A stretch of 64,000 nt of DNA from Candidatus Sumerlaeia bacterium (GTDB lineage Bacteria; Sumerlaeota; Sumerlaeia; MVZB01): positions 14,328-78,327 of the forward strand of contig JBDKRG010000011.1 of assembly GCA_039683515.1 (NCBI GenBank), in the 5' to 3' direction. The notes beneath the pieces were generated by a model. The model ran no database searches. It saw only the letters and a program-made list of their open reading frames with translations, and was not told the origin of the DNA. Position 1 is the first letter of the stretch; every line of letters starts with the position of its first letter. The position numbers and the translations under genes are program-made. Shown here piece by piece: positions 38,189-48,153 of the stretch.

Positions 38189-38836
38189 TTAAAAACCGGC
38201 TTCGCGGAGGGTGTCGAGGGTCAATCCGCCCCTGGGCTGCCGGCCCTGAGCTTCCAGGGCGCGCTGGACGTAGCGGGCGAGCATGTCGGCCTCGAGGTTG
38301 ACGCGCACGCCCGGCGCGGCGGCGTTCAGGTTGGTCTGGCCGGCCGTGTGCGGGATGACCGCCACGCTGAACGTCTCCCCGGTCAGCTCCGTGATCGTCA
38401 GGCTGATCCCGTCGACCGCGACCGATCCCTTGACGGCCAGCAGCGACGCCAGTTCCGGCGGGTACGAGCACTCGAGGCGCCACGCCTCGCCGCGCATTTC
38501 CCAGCGGCGGATCGTGCCGATGCCGTCGACGTGCCCCATGACGAGGTGTCCGCCGAGCCGGTCGCCGGCCATCAGCGAACGTTCAAGATTCACCTTGTGG
38601 CCCTTGTCCAGACCGCCGAGCGTCGTCCGCCCGATCGTTTCGCCGGACATGAAAAAAACGAGACGGTCGGGCCTCGAGGGAGGCTCGACCGTCAGGCAAA
38701 CGCCGTTGATGGCGATCGATTCGCCGACGCGCAGGTCCGAAACCGCGGGCGCGGTGGAGATTTCCAGGCGCGCGCCGCCCGGCGCGGCCGCGCGCCCGAG
38801 CACGGTCCCGATGCGCTCGATGATTCCGGTGAACAT
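38189..38836 (-). CDS. ribE: Riboflavin synthase (alpha subunit)
   Basis: MFTGIIE start and duplicated lumazine-binding halves (NGVCLTV / DGISLTI). Confidence 0.9.
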   Translation of the reverse strand: MFTGIIERIGTVLGRAAAPGGARLEISTAPAVSDLRVGESIAINGVCLTVEPPSRPDRLVFFMSGETIGRTTLGGLDKGHKVNLERSLMAGDRLGGHLVMGHVDGIGTIRRWEMRGEAWRLECSYPPELASLLAVKGSVAVDGISLTITELTGETFSVAVIPHTAGQTNLNAAAPGVRVNLEADMLARYVQRALEAQGRQPRGGLTLDTLREAGF

Positions 38837-38839
38837 AAC

Positions 38840-39751
38840 TTACTGGGCGACGCTGGTGGTCGCGGTCGTCACGGTCGTCGAAACCGCCGGCGCCGCGAGG
38901 CTCGCCTTGGCTTCCAGCCGCTCGAGGCGAAGCTTGGCGGTCGCGGCGAAGCTGAGCTGGCTTTCGCGCTCGTTCAGCATCTGGCGCAGCATGTCGACGA
39001 ACCGGTTCTGGGCGGCGTCGGTCCCTTCCTCGGCGGGGGTGGCCGCCGGGGTCGGCGCGGCCCGGTCCTTGAGGATCTGCTGGTAGAGCGCGACCGCCTT
39101 GTCGTTGGCGCCGGTCAGCTCGTTGATGCGGGCCTCACCGAGCAACGCGTAGTAGTAAAGATACGGGTTCTGGCCGTTGGCCGCGTTCTTGGCGGTCTGG
39201 TACTGGGCCAGCGCCTGGTCGAGGAGGCCGCGCTGGGTCAGCGTGCCGCTCGTCGGGAAGAACGACTGGTTCTCATAGGAGTAAGCCAGGGCGATCTGGC
39301 CGCGGGCGCGTTCCTCGTTGCCGCCGGCCTGCTGGATGTACTGCTTGTAGGCCTCCTGCGCCTGCGGGAACTGGTCGAGCGAATAATACGTGAGGCCCTT
39401 GAGGAAGACCAGTTCGCGGGCGAGTTGGGAGCCCGTGCCGAACTTGCCGATGTCGGAATTGATGTCGTTGAGCAGGGACTTGTAGGCATCGGCGCGGGCC
39501 TTGGGGTCGGCCTGGCGGTCGCCCATCTCGTACTGGCCCATCCGGAGGGAGACCGCCTCGTTGATCTGGCTCTGGACGTTCTCGGTGTGCGCGACGTAGG
39601 CGCGGATGCCGATGATCAGCAGAATCAAAACCAGGATGCCCATCATGATGGACGTGCGGTTTCTATGGAGCATCTCGACGGTCTGCATGAAGCCGTCGGC
39701 GATCTCATCGCGTTCGAGCTGTTCACGGTTCGGTTTGGGTTGTTTGGCCAT
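38840..39751 (-). CDS. Membrane-anchored TPR protein (YfgM-like architecture)
   Basis: A short cytoplasmic N-terminus, one transmembrane helix (MMGILVLILLIIGI) and a periplasmic TPR-like domain. Confidence 0.6.
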   Translation of the reverse strand: MAKQPKPNREQLERDEIADGFMQTVEMLHRNRTSIMMGILVLILLIIGIRAYVAHTENVQSQINEAVSLRMGQYEMGDRQADPKARADAYKSLLNDINSDIGKFGTGSQLARELVFLKGLTYYSLDQFPQAQEAYKQYIQQAGGNEERARGQIALAYSYENQSFFPTSGTLTQRGLLDQALAQYQTAKNAANGQNPYLYYYALLGEARINELTGANDKAVALYQQILKDRAAPTPAATPAEEGTDAAQNRFVDMLRQMLNERESQLSFAATAKLRLERLEAKASLAAPAVSTTVTTATTSVAQ

Positions 39752-39897
39752 GATTACTGGTTCATGTCTCCACCTATGTTCATGGCGACCGGGACGATTC
39801 GGTCCGGGCGCCCGTCAGCCGCGCGAGGCCAACATCAAACCACCTATTTAGCGATGCGTGCCCCATAAATGCAAGGCGAAAGTAGGCCGCGCGCGCC

Positions 39898-41565
39898 TTA
39901 CTTGTAGAGCTGCCGGATCCGGACGTCGTGGAAGTAATGGCCGAGGATCTGGCGGTAGTTGTAGCCCTTGGCCGCCATGACCCGCGCCCCATTCTGGCAC
40001 ATCCCGACGCCGTGACCCCAGCCGGCGCCGTAGATCGTGATGCTGCCCAGGCAGCCGTCGGGGCCGGCGGTCTTGGTAAATGTAAACAGGGTCGAATAAA
40101 CCTCGCCCATCGCCTCGCGGATCTCGAGTTCGCGGCGGATCGAGACCTGGCGCCGCTCGCCAATGATCCGCATCCGCGAGACGCGGCCCGACGCCGTGCG
40201 CTTGTCGACGACCACGTCCTTGACCCGGCCGGTCCCATACATCCGGTCGGCCATGTCGGAGAACGAGGAGCCGCTGAAGGTTTTGCTCCAGCGGTAGGAC
40301 TTGTCGTAGCTCGGGACGCCGGCGTTGCGCGGGCTGCACAGGGTCGGGTGGTTGCCGCTCGTGAACTCGTAGGCGGCCTGCCAGCTGTCCAGGTCGGGCG
40401 CCCCGGCCTCGAGCGTGTCGTACTGGTTGCGGGACCAGCCGGCGTTGGTCGAGCCCCACACGTCCGACGCCGTCGAGATCGTGCCGCCGCAGGAGTTGCT
40501 GTAGACGGCGTCGACGCACTCGCCGTGGTAGACGAGGATCTCGCCGCGGGTGGCGTCGACCGCCTGCCGGCCGGCGACGCATTCGGCCCCCTTGCCCTTG
40601 TAGACCTGGGCCATCGCCGTGTCGTAGAAATCGAAGAACGAGCTGGAGACGATGCCCATCTGGATCTTGGCGACGGCCTCGCTGCGGGCGGCGACGGCCT
40701 GGCTCTTCATCGACTCGAGCGGCGCCTCGTCGCCGATCTCGGCCGGGACGACCGAATAGATGTAGTACTCGACCCACAGGTCGTTGACCGCGGTCAGCGT
40801 CCCCTGCTCGTTGATGACGAGGTCGATCTCGCCGCGGTAGTGGCGCGCCTTGGAGACGTCGCGCGACGACCACTTGTTGGCCTTGACCTCAAAGAGGGCG
40901 ATCGAGGATTCGCTGCCGCCGAGCGGGACGAGGCGCAGCCGCTGCGGGTCGTTGGCCAGGATCGACCCCTTTTCGCCGAGGAGGCGGACCTGGCCCTCGC
41001 GCGCCACGGCCTTGTCCTCGTAGATCGAACCGATCGCGGCCTCGGTGAACTTGCGGGCGCGGTCCTGGGCCTCCTGCGCCGAGCCGTATTCGCCGATCGT
41101 GACGAGGATGCGGGTGGCGTCGGCCGTCCGCCCGGGCAGGCGCATGACCTTGACCGGCAGCTTGTACTTGTCGCGCGCTTCCATGCCGAGCCGGATCGCG
41201 TCGCGGTCCATGTGGCCGTCGAGTTCGTGGAGGACGAGCCGGTAGACGCGGCTGCCCGGCCGGCCGCGCGTGATCTGCACGAAATACGGCTTGCCGCCGA
41301 GGACCGTGCCGAGCGGTTTGCCCTCGGAGGAGAGGATCTGGTAGCTGGCGTCGCCCTGGACGGCAAGCTGATCGATGTCCTCCTTGACGCAGATCCGCAC
41401 CCGGTAATTGCGGTCGCGGAAGATCTGCTGGGCGAAGACTGCCGAAACTGAGCAACCCAGGACGAGAACGAATGCAAACGCTCGGCGGATGTGGGAATTG
41501 TCAAAATGGATCAAGCGCACAAGCACGTTCCTGCCAGATACCCTGGCCGTCACAGTATCGGGCAA
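39898..41565 (-). CDS. SpoIID/LytB domain protein
   Basis: The C-terminal SpoIID/LytB domain includes YHGECVDAVYSNSCGGTISTASDVWGS and GAGWGHGVGMCQNGARVMAAKGYNYRQILGHYF. Confidence 0.85.
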   Translation of the reverse strand: MPDTVTARVSGRNVLVRLIHFDNSHIRRAFAFVLVLGCSVSAVFAQQIFRDRNYRVRICVKEDIDQLAVQGDASYQILSSEGKPLGTVLGGKPYFVQITRGRPGSRVYRLVLHELDGHMDRDAIRLGMEARDKYKLPVKVMRLPGRTADATRILVTIGEYGSAQEAQDRARKFTEAAIGSIYEDKAVAREGQVRLLGEKGSILANDPQRLRLVPLGGSESSIALFEVKANKWSSRDVSKARHYRGEIDLVINEQGTLTAVNDLWVEYYIYSVVPAEIGDEAPLESMKSQAVAARSEAVAKIQMGIVSSSFFDFYDTAMAQVYKGKGAECVAGRQAVDATRGEILVYHGECVDAVYSNSCGGTISTASDVWGSTNAGWSRNQYDTLEAGAPDLDSWQAAYEFTSGNHPTLCSPRNAGVPSYDKSYRWSKTFSGSSFSDMADRMYGTGRVKDVVVDKRTASGRVSRMRIIGERRQVSIRRELEIREAMGEVYSTLFTFTKTAGPDGCLGSITIYGAGWGHGVGMCQNGARVMAAKGYNYRQILGHYFHDVRIRQLYK

Positions 41566-41675
41566 TCATGAAACCCCTGTCAAGGTCAGTAGGTCGCTTC
41601 GGCTCGAAGCGACCTGCGGACAAAAAAGGCGGCGCGCCATTTAGCGCGCCGCCCTCGTCTCTTATCAACGTTCCA

Positions 41676-44630
41676 TTACTGGGCGAAGTAAATCTCGTCC
41701 GACAGCTTCTGCATGTCCTGGAACCACTCGTTCACGGTCGGGCCGAACGAGAAGCGGCGGCCGCGGATCCAGTCGCCCTGAGTGTAGTAGGTGACCGGCT
41801 TGCCGGCTTCGGCCTTGACCACCGCCATGTGCGATGACGCCGTCTCGGCCGTGCGGACCAACTGATCGGCGGGGAAGATCAGCCCCAAGCCGATCCAGCC
41901 GATTTCGGGCCCCTCGAAGCCGCGCGACGCCATGACGCCCTTGCGGGTGTCGAGCAGGAACTCGTCCTTGGGCAAGCGGGTCATCTCGAGGCCGATCTCG
42001 ATCTTGTCGCCGGGCCGGCCGCCGGTGACGGTGATCTCGTTGGTCGACTCGCGCCGGCCGCCGTTGGCGGTCAGGCGCCAGGTGACGGTGTAGGCCTTCT
42101 TGGGCCCGACGCCCTCGCCCTTGTATTCGAGCGTGACCGAGTCCGAGGTGATCTCGGCGAGGCTGGCGGTGAAGTGGATGTCGCCGGGCTTCTCGACTTC
42201 GGACGGGTTGCGCACCGGGTAGGGCTGGTCGTTGACGAACAGGGTCACGCCGCCCAGGCCGGCCGTGCCGCCCAGCAGGAAGATGTCCATCCCCCACGGC
42301 TGCTCGCGGTGGTAGTTGCCCCAGTTGCCGAGCCGGGTGATGAGCTGGTCCTTGAGCTTGTAGTAGAGGTCGAACTGGCCGTTATAGACGCGATAGGCGT
42401 TCTGTTCGGATTCCCAGCACGCGTTGCCCCGCTCGTTGAGGAACTTGTAGGAGACGGTCTGGGCCTTGATGGCCGAGCGCAGCCTGCCGGTCCATTCGGC
42501 GTAGAGCTTCTCGGGCGCCTCGGAGGCCTTGCCGTTGTAGCTGACCAGCGCCTGGAGCATGCCGGCCAGGTCGCCGCGGGAGCGTGCCCCGTCGAAGTCC
42601 TTCCAGAACGAGCGGCTCTTGAGGCTCTTGCGCAGCTCGACGATGCGGCGGTCCTTGAGGACGTCGAGCCAGTAGCGCAGGCCCTCGTCGCTGTTCACGT
42701 ATTTCCTCGCGAGGGCGTCCGGGATGCAGGGGGCGCGCATCGCGTTCTCGAGCTGGGCGGCCAGGGGGTCCTTCGGCGCGCCCGGGTTGGTCTTGGCGAT
42801 CGCCTTCTCCAGCTGCAGGTTGATGGCGTAGAGCATCTGGGGGACGGCCGGGATGACGGCCTTCATTTGCGAGCTGACGTCGAGCCACCGGTACGGCATG
42901 AACGTGATCGCCGTGCCGCGCTTCATCTTCCATGTGTCGTCGGCCTTGCCGTCGTTGTCGACGTCGACGCTCCAGGTGTCGATCACGCCGTCGCGGTTGG
43001 TGTCCTTCAGCTCGTAGCCCATGTCCTTCCGGCCGTCGCGGTCGAAGTCGACGTCGAGCCACGACTTGTCGGCGCCGACGATGTGGATGCGCTGGTCGAC
43101 GGGCTGGTAATACATCGCGACCGGCTGGCTGGGGTCCAGGATCAGTTCAAAGCGGCGGTTGAAATCGCCGCACTCGGGCGAGCCGACGCGCGGGAAGATC
43201 GAGTTCTCGCGCTTGTAGAAGCTTCCCTTGAGCGGCTGGCCCTTCTTGTGGCCGGGCTTTTCCAGGTCGTTGGCGTTGCCCTTCTCGTTGGCCGCGGCCT
43301 CGATCTTTTCCTGTTCGGGGGTCAGGACGCGCCGGGTGATGACGCCTTCCCAGCGCTCGTTGAAGTTCTTGTCGGCCGGGTCGCAGTTCTGGCCGTCCTC
43401 GACCCACGTGAGCATCGTGCGGGCCCAGATGACGTTGTCGCCGATGGCGCGGACCTTGTCCCACTGGACGGTCGGCTGGGTCGGGACGCCGCGCAGCTGC
43501 ATCGCTTCGCAGTATTTTGGGTTGAACCGCAGATTCGATGCGCCGCGCCGCACGGCGCCGTTGGTGTCCCACTGGCAGCCGGGCGTGACCGCCGAGATCG
43601 AGCAGTCGTAATGATGGATCGTGCCGTCGGCCGGCGCCGCGCCGACCGCGTCGAAGCTGTGGCGGTACGAGTCGATCATCCCCTCGCCGCCGCTGAAGCG
43701 GATCGCCTCGTCGGGCGCGCCGTCGTGGTTCAGGTCATAAAACGCGAACGGATTTTCCCAGTAGGTCACCCAGAGGTTCCGGTCGGGCTCGAAGACGAAC
43801 GAATGGAAGACCTGGTCCGGACCGAACGGCGTGCGCCACTGGCATTCTTCCTGGGCGTACTTGTAGCCGAAGAGCTGGAGCAGCTTGTGCGTATCGCTGT
43901 AGTCGGTATAGACAAGGGCGCGCATGCGCTCGCCGGAGAAGTAACCCAGGGTCGGGCCGACCCAGTACATCGTCTCGCGCTCGGCGGCGCGGTCGCCGTC
44001 GAGGTCCTGGAACTCGATCACCGAGTCGACGATGCCGTCGGCGTGCCAGTCGACGACCCACAGGTCGTTGACCTGGTCGGGCTCGCCGCCCTGGACCAGG
44101 TCGCCGCCCTCGTCGATCACGCGGACGAGGATCGGCTGGGCGGCCGCCGGGGCGTAGCGCGACGTGTCGAGGAACCAGACTTCCTCGGGCCGGCCGTCGT
44201 TGTTGGTGTCGTAGTAGAAACGCTGCTGCTGGCGGTCGATGATGCTGCGGCCCTCGGTCGCGGGCGCGCCGCCGAAGGGGGTCTTCACCGGAGCCGGGCG
44301 GGGGGTCGGCCGGACGCCGGGCTGGGCCTGAGCACCGTCTCCCCGGCGCGAAAGGCGCGGTCTCTGGCCGACGGCGGGCTCACCCCGGCCGAGGTTGTAT
44401 TTCTTGCCGTTGTCGAGGATCTCCTTGATCCTGGCGGGGTCGAGCCGCGCGTAATCGCCGAAGACCTTCTCGAACAGCATCTGGGCATTGGCCATGTCGA
44501 CCGGGTCGTTGGGGTTGATTTTCTTGGCTGGGGGATTTGAAGCCGGCTTGGCATCGGGAGCCGCGGCCTGGGTCGACACCGCCCCCACCCAGAGGCAGAT
44601 GACGACAACAGCGCTGAGCACGAATCGCAT
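41676..44630 (-). CDS. Large secreted protein with EF-hand/FG-GAP-like DxDxDG calcium-binding motifs
   Basis: Signal peptide MRFVLSAVVVICLWVGAVSTQAAAP. Repeated DTNNDGRPEE, DLNHDGAPDE, DFDRDGRKD, DTNRDGVID and DVDNDGKADD loops. No catalytic motif recognised. The first 27 codons of the track ORF overlap coaX and are not used. Confidence 0.6.
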   Translation of the reverse strand: MRFVLSAVVVICLWVGAVSTQAAAPDAKPASNPPAKKINPNDPVDMANAQMLFEKVFGDYARLDPARIKEILDNGKKYNLGRGEPAVGQRPRLSRRGDGAQAQPGVRPTPRPAPVKTPFGGAPATEGRSIIDRQQQRFYYDTNNDGRPEEVWFLDTSRYAPAAAQPILVRVIDEGGDLVQGGEPDQVNDLWVVDWHADGIVDSVIEFQDLDGDRAAERETMYWVGPTLGYFSGERMRALVYTDYSDTHKLLQLFGYKYAQEECQWRTPFGPDQVFHSFVFEPDRNLWVTYWENPFAFYDLNHDGAPDEAIRFSGGEGMIDSYRHSFDAVGAAPADGTIHHYDCSISAVTPGCQWDTNGAVRRGASNLRFNPKYCEAMQLRGVPTQPTVQWDKVRAIGDNVIWARTMLTWVEDGQNCDPADKNFNERWEGVITRRVLTPEQEKIEAAANEKGNANDLEKPGHKKGQPLKGSFYKRENSIFPRVGSPECGDFNRRFELILDPSQPVAMYYQPVDQRIHIVGADKSWLDVDFDRDGRKDMGYELKDTNRDGVIDTWSVDVDNDGKADDTWKMKRGTAITFMPYRWLDVSSQMKAVIPAVPQMLYAINLQLEKAIAKTNPGAPKDPLAAQLENAMRAPCIPDALARKYVNSDEGLRYWLDVLKDRRIVELRKSLKSRSFWKDFDGARSRGDLAGMLQALVSYNGKASEAPEKLYAEWTGRLRSAIKAQTVSYKFLNERGNACWESEQNAYRVYNGQFDLYYKLKDQLITRLGNWGNYHREQPWGMDIFLLGGTAGLGGVTLFVNDQPYPVRNPSEVEKPGDIHFTASLAEITSDSVTLEYKGEGVGPKKAYTVTWRLTANGGRRESTNEITVTGGRPGDKIEIGLEMTRLPKDEFLLDTRKGVMASRGFEGPEIGWIGLGLIFPADQLVRTAETASSHMAVVKAEAGKPVTYYTQGDWIRGRRFSFGPTVNEWFQDMQKLSDEIYFAQ

Positions 44631-44670
44631 GAACGAACCCTCCATCACGAACGGGATGTTATATACGCCC

Positions 44671-45474
44671 CTAACGTCGAGGCGGTAGCGGACAGTTGAA
44701 GTTGAGGCCATAGATCTGGCGAAGGCCGTAGAGCGTCAGGTCGGGCTCGACGGCGCGCAGGAAAGGCAGGTGCCGGCGCAGGTTGAGGGCGTCGCCGCCG
44801 GTGGCGATCACGTCGCACGCCTGGCCGATCTCCTCCTTGGAGCGCTCGACGAGCGTGTTGATCGCGCCGTAGTAGCCGTGCAGCAGGCCGGCCTGGATCG
44901 ACTCCGCCGTCGTGCGGCCGATGACGTGCTCGGGCTCGGTGAGCGGGACTTGCGGCAGGCGCGCGGTTCCCTTGGCCAGGGCCTGCGCGGCCATCTCGAT
45001 CCCCGGCATGATCGCCCCGCCCATGTAAACCGGCATCGCCCCCTCGTTCTTGGGGGGCGCGACGTAGTCGAGCGTGATCGCCGTCCCGAAGTCGAGAATC
45101 AGCAGCGGGGCGCCGTACATGTAAAAACCGCCGGCGGCGTTGGCGAGGCGGTCCATGCCGACCTCGGCCGGGTGGCGGTAGCCGTTGACGATCCCGATCG
45201 GCGTCTTCTCGCTCAGGATCAGCGGCATCGCCTTGTATTCCTGCTCGATGGCGCGCGCGATCGGCAGCTCGAGCGACGGGACGACCGAGGAGACGATCGC
45301 CCCCTGCAGCGGCATGCTTTCGCCGACGAGCCCGCGCATCAGCAGGGCGTATTCGTCGGACGTGCGCTGGGGGGTCGACGCGATCGACCAGGTCTTGCGC
45401 AGCGCCCCGCGGATGAACAGTCCCAGATGGATGTGGGTGTTGCCAATGTCGACGGTCAGGATCATGCCAGCCAA
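44671..45474 (-). CDS. coaX: Type III pantothenate kinase
   Basis: ILTVDIGNTHIHLGL (ASKHA fold phosphate 1) and DFGTAITLDY. Confidence 0.9.
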   Translation of the reverse strand: MAGMILTVDIGNTHIHLGLFIRGALRKTWSIASTPQRTSDEYALLMRGLVGESMPLQGAIVSSVVPSLELPIARAIEQEYKAMPLILSEKTPIGIVNGYRHPAEVGMDRLANAAGGFYMYGAPLLILDFGTAITLDYVAPPKNEGAMPVYMGGAIMPGIEMAAQALAKGTARLPQVPLTEPEHVIGRTTAESIQAGLLHGYYGAINTLVERSKEEIGQACDVIATGGDALNLRRHLPFLRAVEPDLTLYGLRQIYGLNFNCPLPPRR

Positions 45475-45630
45475 CCTCGATCGAGTTGATCAGAATCGGT
45501 TCGGGAAAATCCCCCATGAGACAGCATACGATCCTAGGCCAACCGCCCCGAAGTCGCAAGGATTGCGTGAACCCGCCCGCCCATCAAACGCGCCTCCGAA
45601 CCTGAGCCCATGGATTCCGCGCCCACCGGG

Positions 45631-45718
45631 ATCAATCGGAAAGAATCGATCGGAATCGGAAACAAATTCGAAACAAAACCGAGGAAAAAGACGGGAAATA
45701 TTCATAAATAACCATTCC
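45631..45718 (+). repeat. Copy E of the AT-rich intergenic element
   Basis: atcaatcggaaagaatcgatcggaatcggaaacaaattcgaaacaaaaccgaggaaaaagacgggaaatattcataaataaccattcc. Confidence 0.7.
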
Positions 45719-45755
45719 AACAGCGGACTTGAGCTTGAAACCCAAATGTAGCTGT

Positions 45756-45837
45756 CGGAATGATTATTTCTTTCTCGGTAATCTTTTTTTCGATTTTTGT
45801 TTCGGATTTGTGAATGATTCCGCCTGATTCTGGATGA
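45756..45837 (-). repeat. Copy F of the AT-rich element, inverted relative to E and starting at the yicC stop codon
   Basis: The reverse complement reads ...ggaatcattcacaaatccgaaacaaaaatcgaaaaaaagattaccgagaaagaaataatcattcc. E and F are arranged tail-to-tail around about 40 bp. Confidence 0.6.
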
Positions 45838-46743
45838 TTATTGAATATTCTGTATCTGTTCGCGGATCTTTTCCAGGATCGACTTCATTTCGAGGCCGAG
45901 GCCGGTCAGGGTGGTGTCGCGCGACTTGGACATGATCGTGTTGACCTCGCGCCCCATCTCCTGAAGCAGGAAGTCCAGCGCGCGGCCGGCCGAGTCGTCG
46001 CCGCCGCCGGCGAGCAGATCGTCGTAGCGGTCCAGGTGCGCCAGCATGCGGACGATCTCCTCGCTGATGTCGGCGCGGTCGGCGTAGAGCGCCACTTCCA
46101 TCTCGAGCCGGCCCGGCTCGAGGCGGGTCTTGATCTGCTCCTCGAGCTCGGCGAGGCGCTGGCCGAGCCGCTCGCGGTAGAGCGTCACGACCTCGTCCTT
46201 GCGCAGGGCGATGCCGGCGAGGCGCTCGCGAAGCTGGTTGCCGAGGTCGGAAAGCTGCTGGCCGAGGGCGCCCCCCTCGCGCGCGCGGTCGCGGTCGAAC
46301 GCCGCAAAGGCTTCGTCCAGCGCGTCCAGCAGCGCCGCCCACTGCGTGTTTTCGTCGATCTCGGCCGGAACGACTTCCAACACCCCGGGAAGGCCCGCGA
46401 CCAGTTCCAGCGGGACCTCGCTGGCGGCGACGGCGTGGCGCAGCTCGTTGAGCCGCTCGATATACGAATGCGCCAGCGGCAGGTTGAGCTGGACTTCGGG
46501 CCGGGCCTGCTCGGCGAACAGGCAGCGGACGCGGCAGTCGATCTTGCCGCGCGCGATGCGCCCCTTGAGCAGCCCGCGCACCTTCATTTCGAGCCCCGCC
46601 AGCTCGCGCGGCAGCGAGACCGAGGCGTCGTGGAACCGGTTGTTGACCGAGCGGAGCTCGACCGTGAACTGCCCCAGCGCGGTCTCCGTGCGAACCCGGC
46701 TGAACCCGGTCATGCTGCGCAGATTGATTTCCCGATTGCCCAT
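45838..46743 (-). CDS. yicC: YicC family stress-induced protein
   Basis: MTGFSR...FTVELRSVNNRFHD N-terminal signature and a DUF1732-like C-terminus. Confidence 0.85.
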   Translation of the reverse strand: MGNREINLRSMTGFSRVRTETALGQFTVELRSVNNRFHDASVSLPRELAGLEMKVRGLLKGRIARGKIDCRVRCLFAEQARPEVQLNLPLAHSYIERLNELRHAVAASEVPLELVAGLPGVLEVVPAEIDENTQWAALLDALDEAFAAFDRDRAREGGALGQQLSDLGNQLRERLAGIALRKDEVVTLYRERLGQRLAELEEQIKTRLEPGRLEMEVALYADRADISEEIVRMLAHLDRYDDLLAGGGDDSAGRALDFLLQEMGREVNTIMSKSRDTTLTGLGLEMKSILEKIREQIQNIQ

Positions 46744-46766
46744 GATCTATCGCTCCCCGCCTGTTC

Positions 46767-46945
46767 GTGCGTCGTGCGTCGTAATCGTAATCGAGATTCG
46801 ATCACCCGTCACCGACTGTAATGCAACTCACTCGTTGGCCGAAAGTGTTTTGTCGAAGAATGGGTCCTATGGGACCGATGGGACCGATGGGACCTATGGG
46901 TTCATAGGATTCGATCAATTCGATTACGATTACGACGCACGACGC
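46767..46945. repeat. Long inverted repeat (arms about 29 bp, CGTGCGTCGTGCGTCGTAATCGTAATCGA) enclosing a loop that contains the 9-mer tandem ATGGGACCG x4
   Basis: The left arm is at 46767-46795 and the right arm at 46917-46945. The loop includes gggtcctatgggaccgatgggaccgatgggacctatggg. Confidence 0.8.
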
Positions 46946-46966
46946 ACGAGCACGAGCACGAATGCG

Positions 46967-48106
46967 CTACTTCTTGTCTTTCCAGAACAGCTCGACCCAC
47001 GCGACCTTCACCACCGCGGCGATCGGGACGGCCACGATCATCCCGCCGATGCCCCCCTGCGCGCCGATCACCAGCGCGGCCATGACCATCAGCGGATGCA
47101 GGCTGGCGTGCTTGCCGACGATGTACGGCTGCAGGATGAACCCCTCATTGGCCTGGATGGCCATGTTGCCGAGCAGGAGAACGCCGAGATAGGCGCCGCG
47201 CGCATTCCAGTCCGGATACTGGCTGCTGAACAGGATCCATAACACGCCCGGAATAAATCCGGCCAGCGGCCCCAGGTACGGGATGAAGTTGAGCAGGCCC
47301 GCGACAAACCCGATCAGGACGGCATACTGCCGCATCCCGATGACCGCCAGCAGGAGCGCCATCAGGCAGCCGTTGATGGCGCAGACGGTCAACTGGCCGC
47401 GCAGGAAGCCGCCGACCGCGCGATCGGCCTGGACCATCACTTTCCAGATCCGCTCGCGGTCGCCCGCCGGCAACAGCTTTTTCAGGATCGGCGGGATGTG
47501 GTCGAAATCGACAAGCAGGTAAAACGCGATAATGCCGACGATCGACAGCGACCCGGCGAGGCCGATGATCGACGCGATGCTGATCGCGAGGCCGCCCGCG
47601 ACGCTTTTCATCGCCGTCACCGAACCGGTGGCAACGGTGCGGCCCGGGGCGTTGCCGCCCGAGAACCGCCTGAGGAGGTCTTCGATCTGGCCGAGGTCGC
47701 CGCTCAGCGAATCCTTGATCGCCGAGCGCGTCGGCTCGTCGAGCCAGGCCGCCCCCCACTTGTCAACCATCACCGTCAGCCATGCGAGCAGCTCATGGAC
47801 GCCCGCGGAAAGCTGCTGGTACAAGACCGGGATGAGCCACAGCATCAGGCCGATCAGCACGGCCACGACGAGGCCCGCCAGGACAAAGATGCCCGCGACG
47901 CGCCCGAGCCTGAGCCGGCGCTGAACGAACAACACGACGGGATGGAAGACGTAAGCGAGGATGAGCGCCAGCAGGAACGGCCCGATCACGTCCATGATCG
48001 TCGTCAGGATCGGCCCGACCTGCCGCAGGATGAAAACGGCCAGCGCAACGATCGCGAACGCCGCGAGCGTCTTGCGCCATGCGAGGGGAAGAGAGTTTTC
48101 CGTCAT
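46967..48106 (-). CDS. AI-2E family transporter (PerM/YdiK, UPF0118)
   Basis: The real start is MTENSLPLAWRKTLAAFAIV... The upstream 62 codons of the track ORF are a translated heptamer array. About 8 transmembrane helices. Confidence 0.85.
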   Translation of the reverse strand: MTENSLPLAWRKTLAAFAIVALAVFILRQVGPILTTIMDVIGPFLLALILAYVFHPVVLFVQRRLRLGRVAGIFVLAGLVVAVLIGLMLWLIPVLYQQLSAGVHELLAWLTVMVDKWGAAWLDEPTRSAIKDSLSGDLGQIEDLLRRFSGGNAPGRTVATGSVTAMKSVAGGLAISIASIIGLAGSLSIVGIIAFYLLVDFDHIPPILKKLLPAGDRERIWKVMVQADRAVGGFLRGQLTVCAINGCLMALLLAVIGMRQYAVLIGFVAGLLNFIPYLGPLAGFIPGVLWILFSSQYPDWNARGAYLGVLLLGNMAIQANEGFILQPYIVGKHASLHPLMVMAALVIGAQGGIGGMIVAVPIAAVVKVAWVELFWKDKK

Positions 48107-48111
48107 GAAAA

Positions 48112-48153
48112 GAGTCCTGAGTCCTGGGTCCTGGGTCCTGGGTCCTGGGTCCT
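48112..48153. repeat. Heptamer array GAGTCCT x2 + GGGTCCT x4 immediately upstream (6-48 nt) of the AI-2E transporter start
   Basis: gagtcctgagtcctgggtcctgggtcctgggtcctgggtcct. On the coding strand this is AGGACYC x6, each unit containing the SD-like core AGGA. Confidence 0.9.

Noticed and set aside
45601-45700. A 33-codon ORF, MDSAPTGINRKESIGIGNKFETKPRKKTGNIHK, inside repeat copy E.
   Set aside because: It is a translation of the repeat itself. Other copies do not conserve a start codon or frame.
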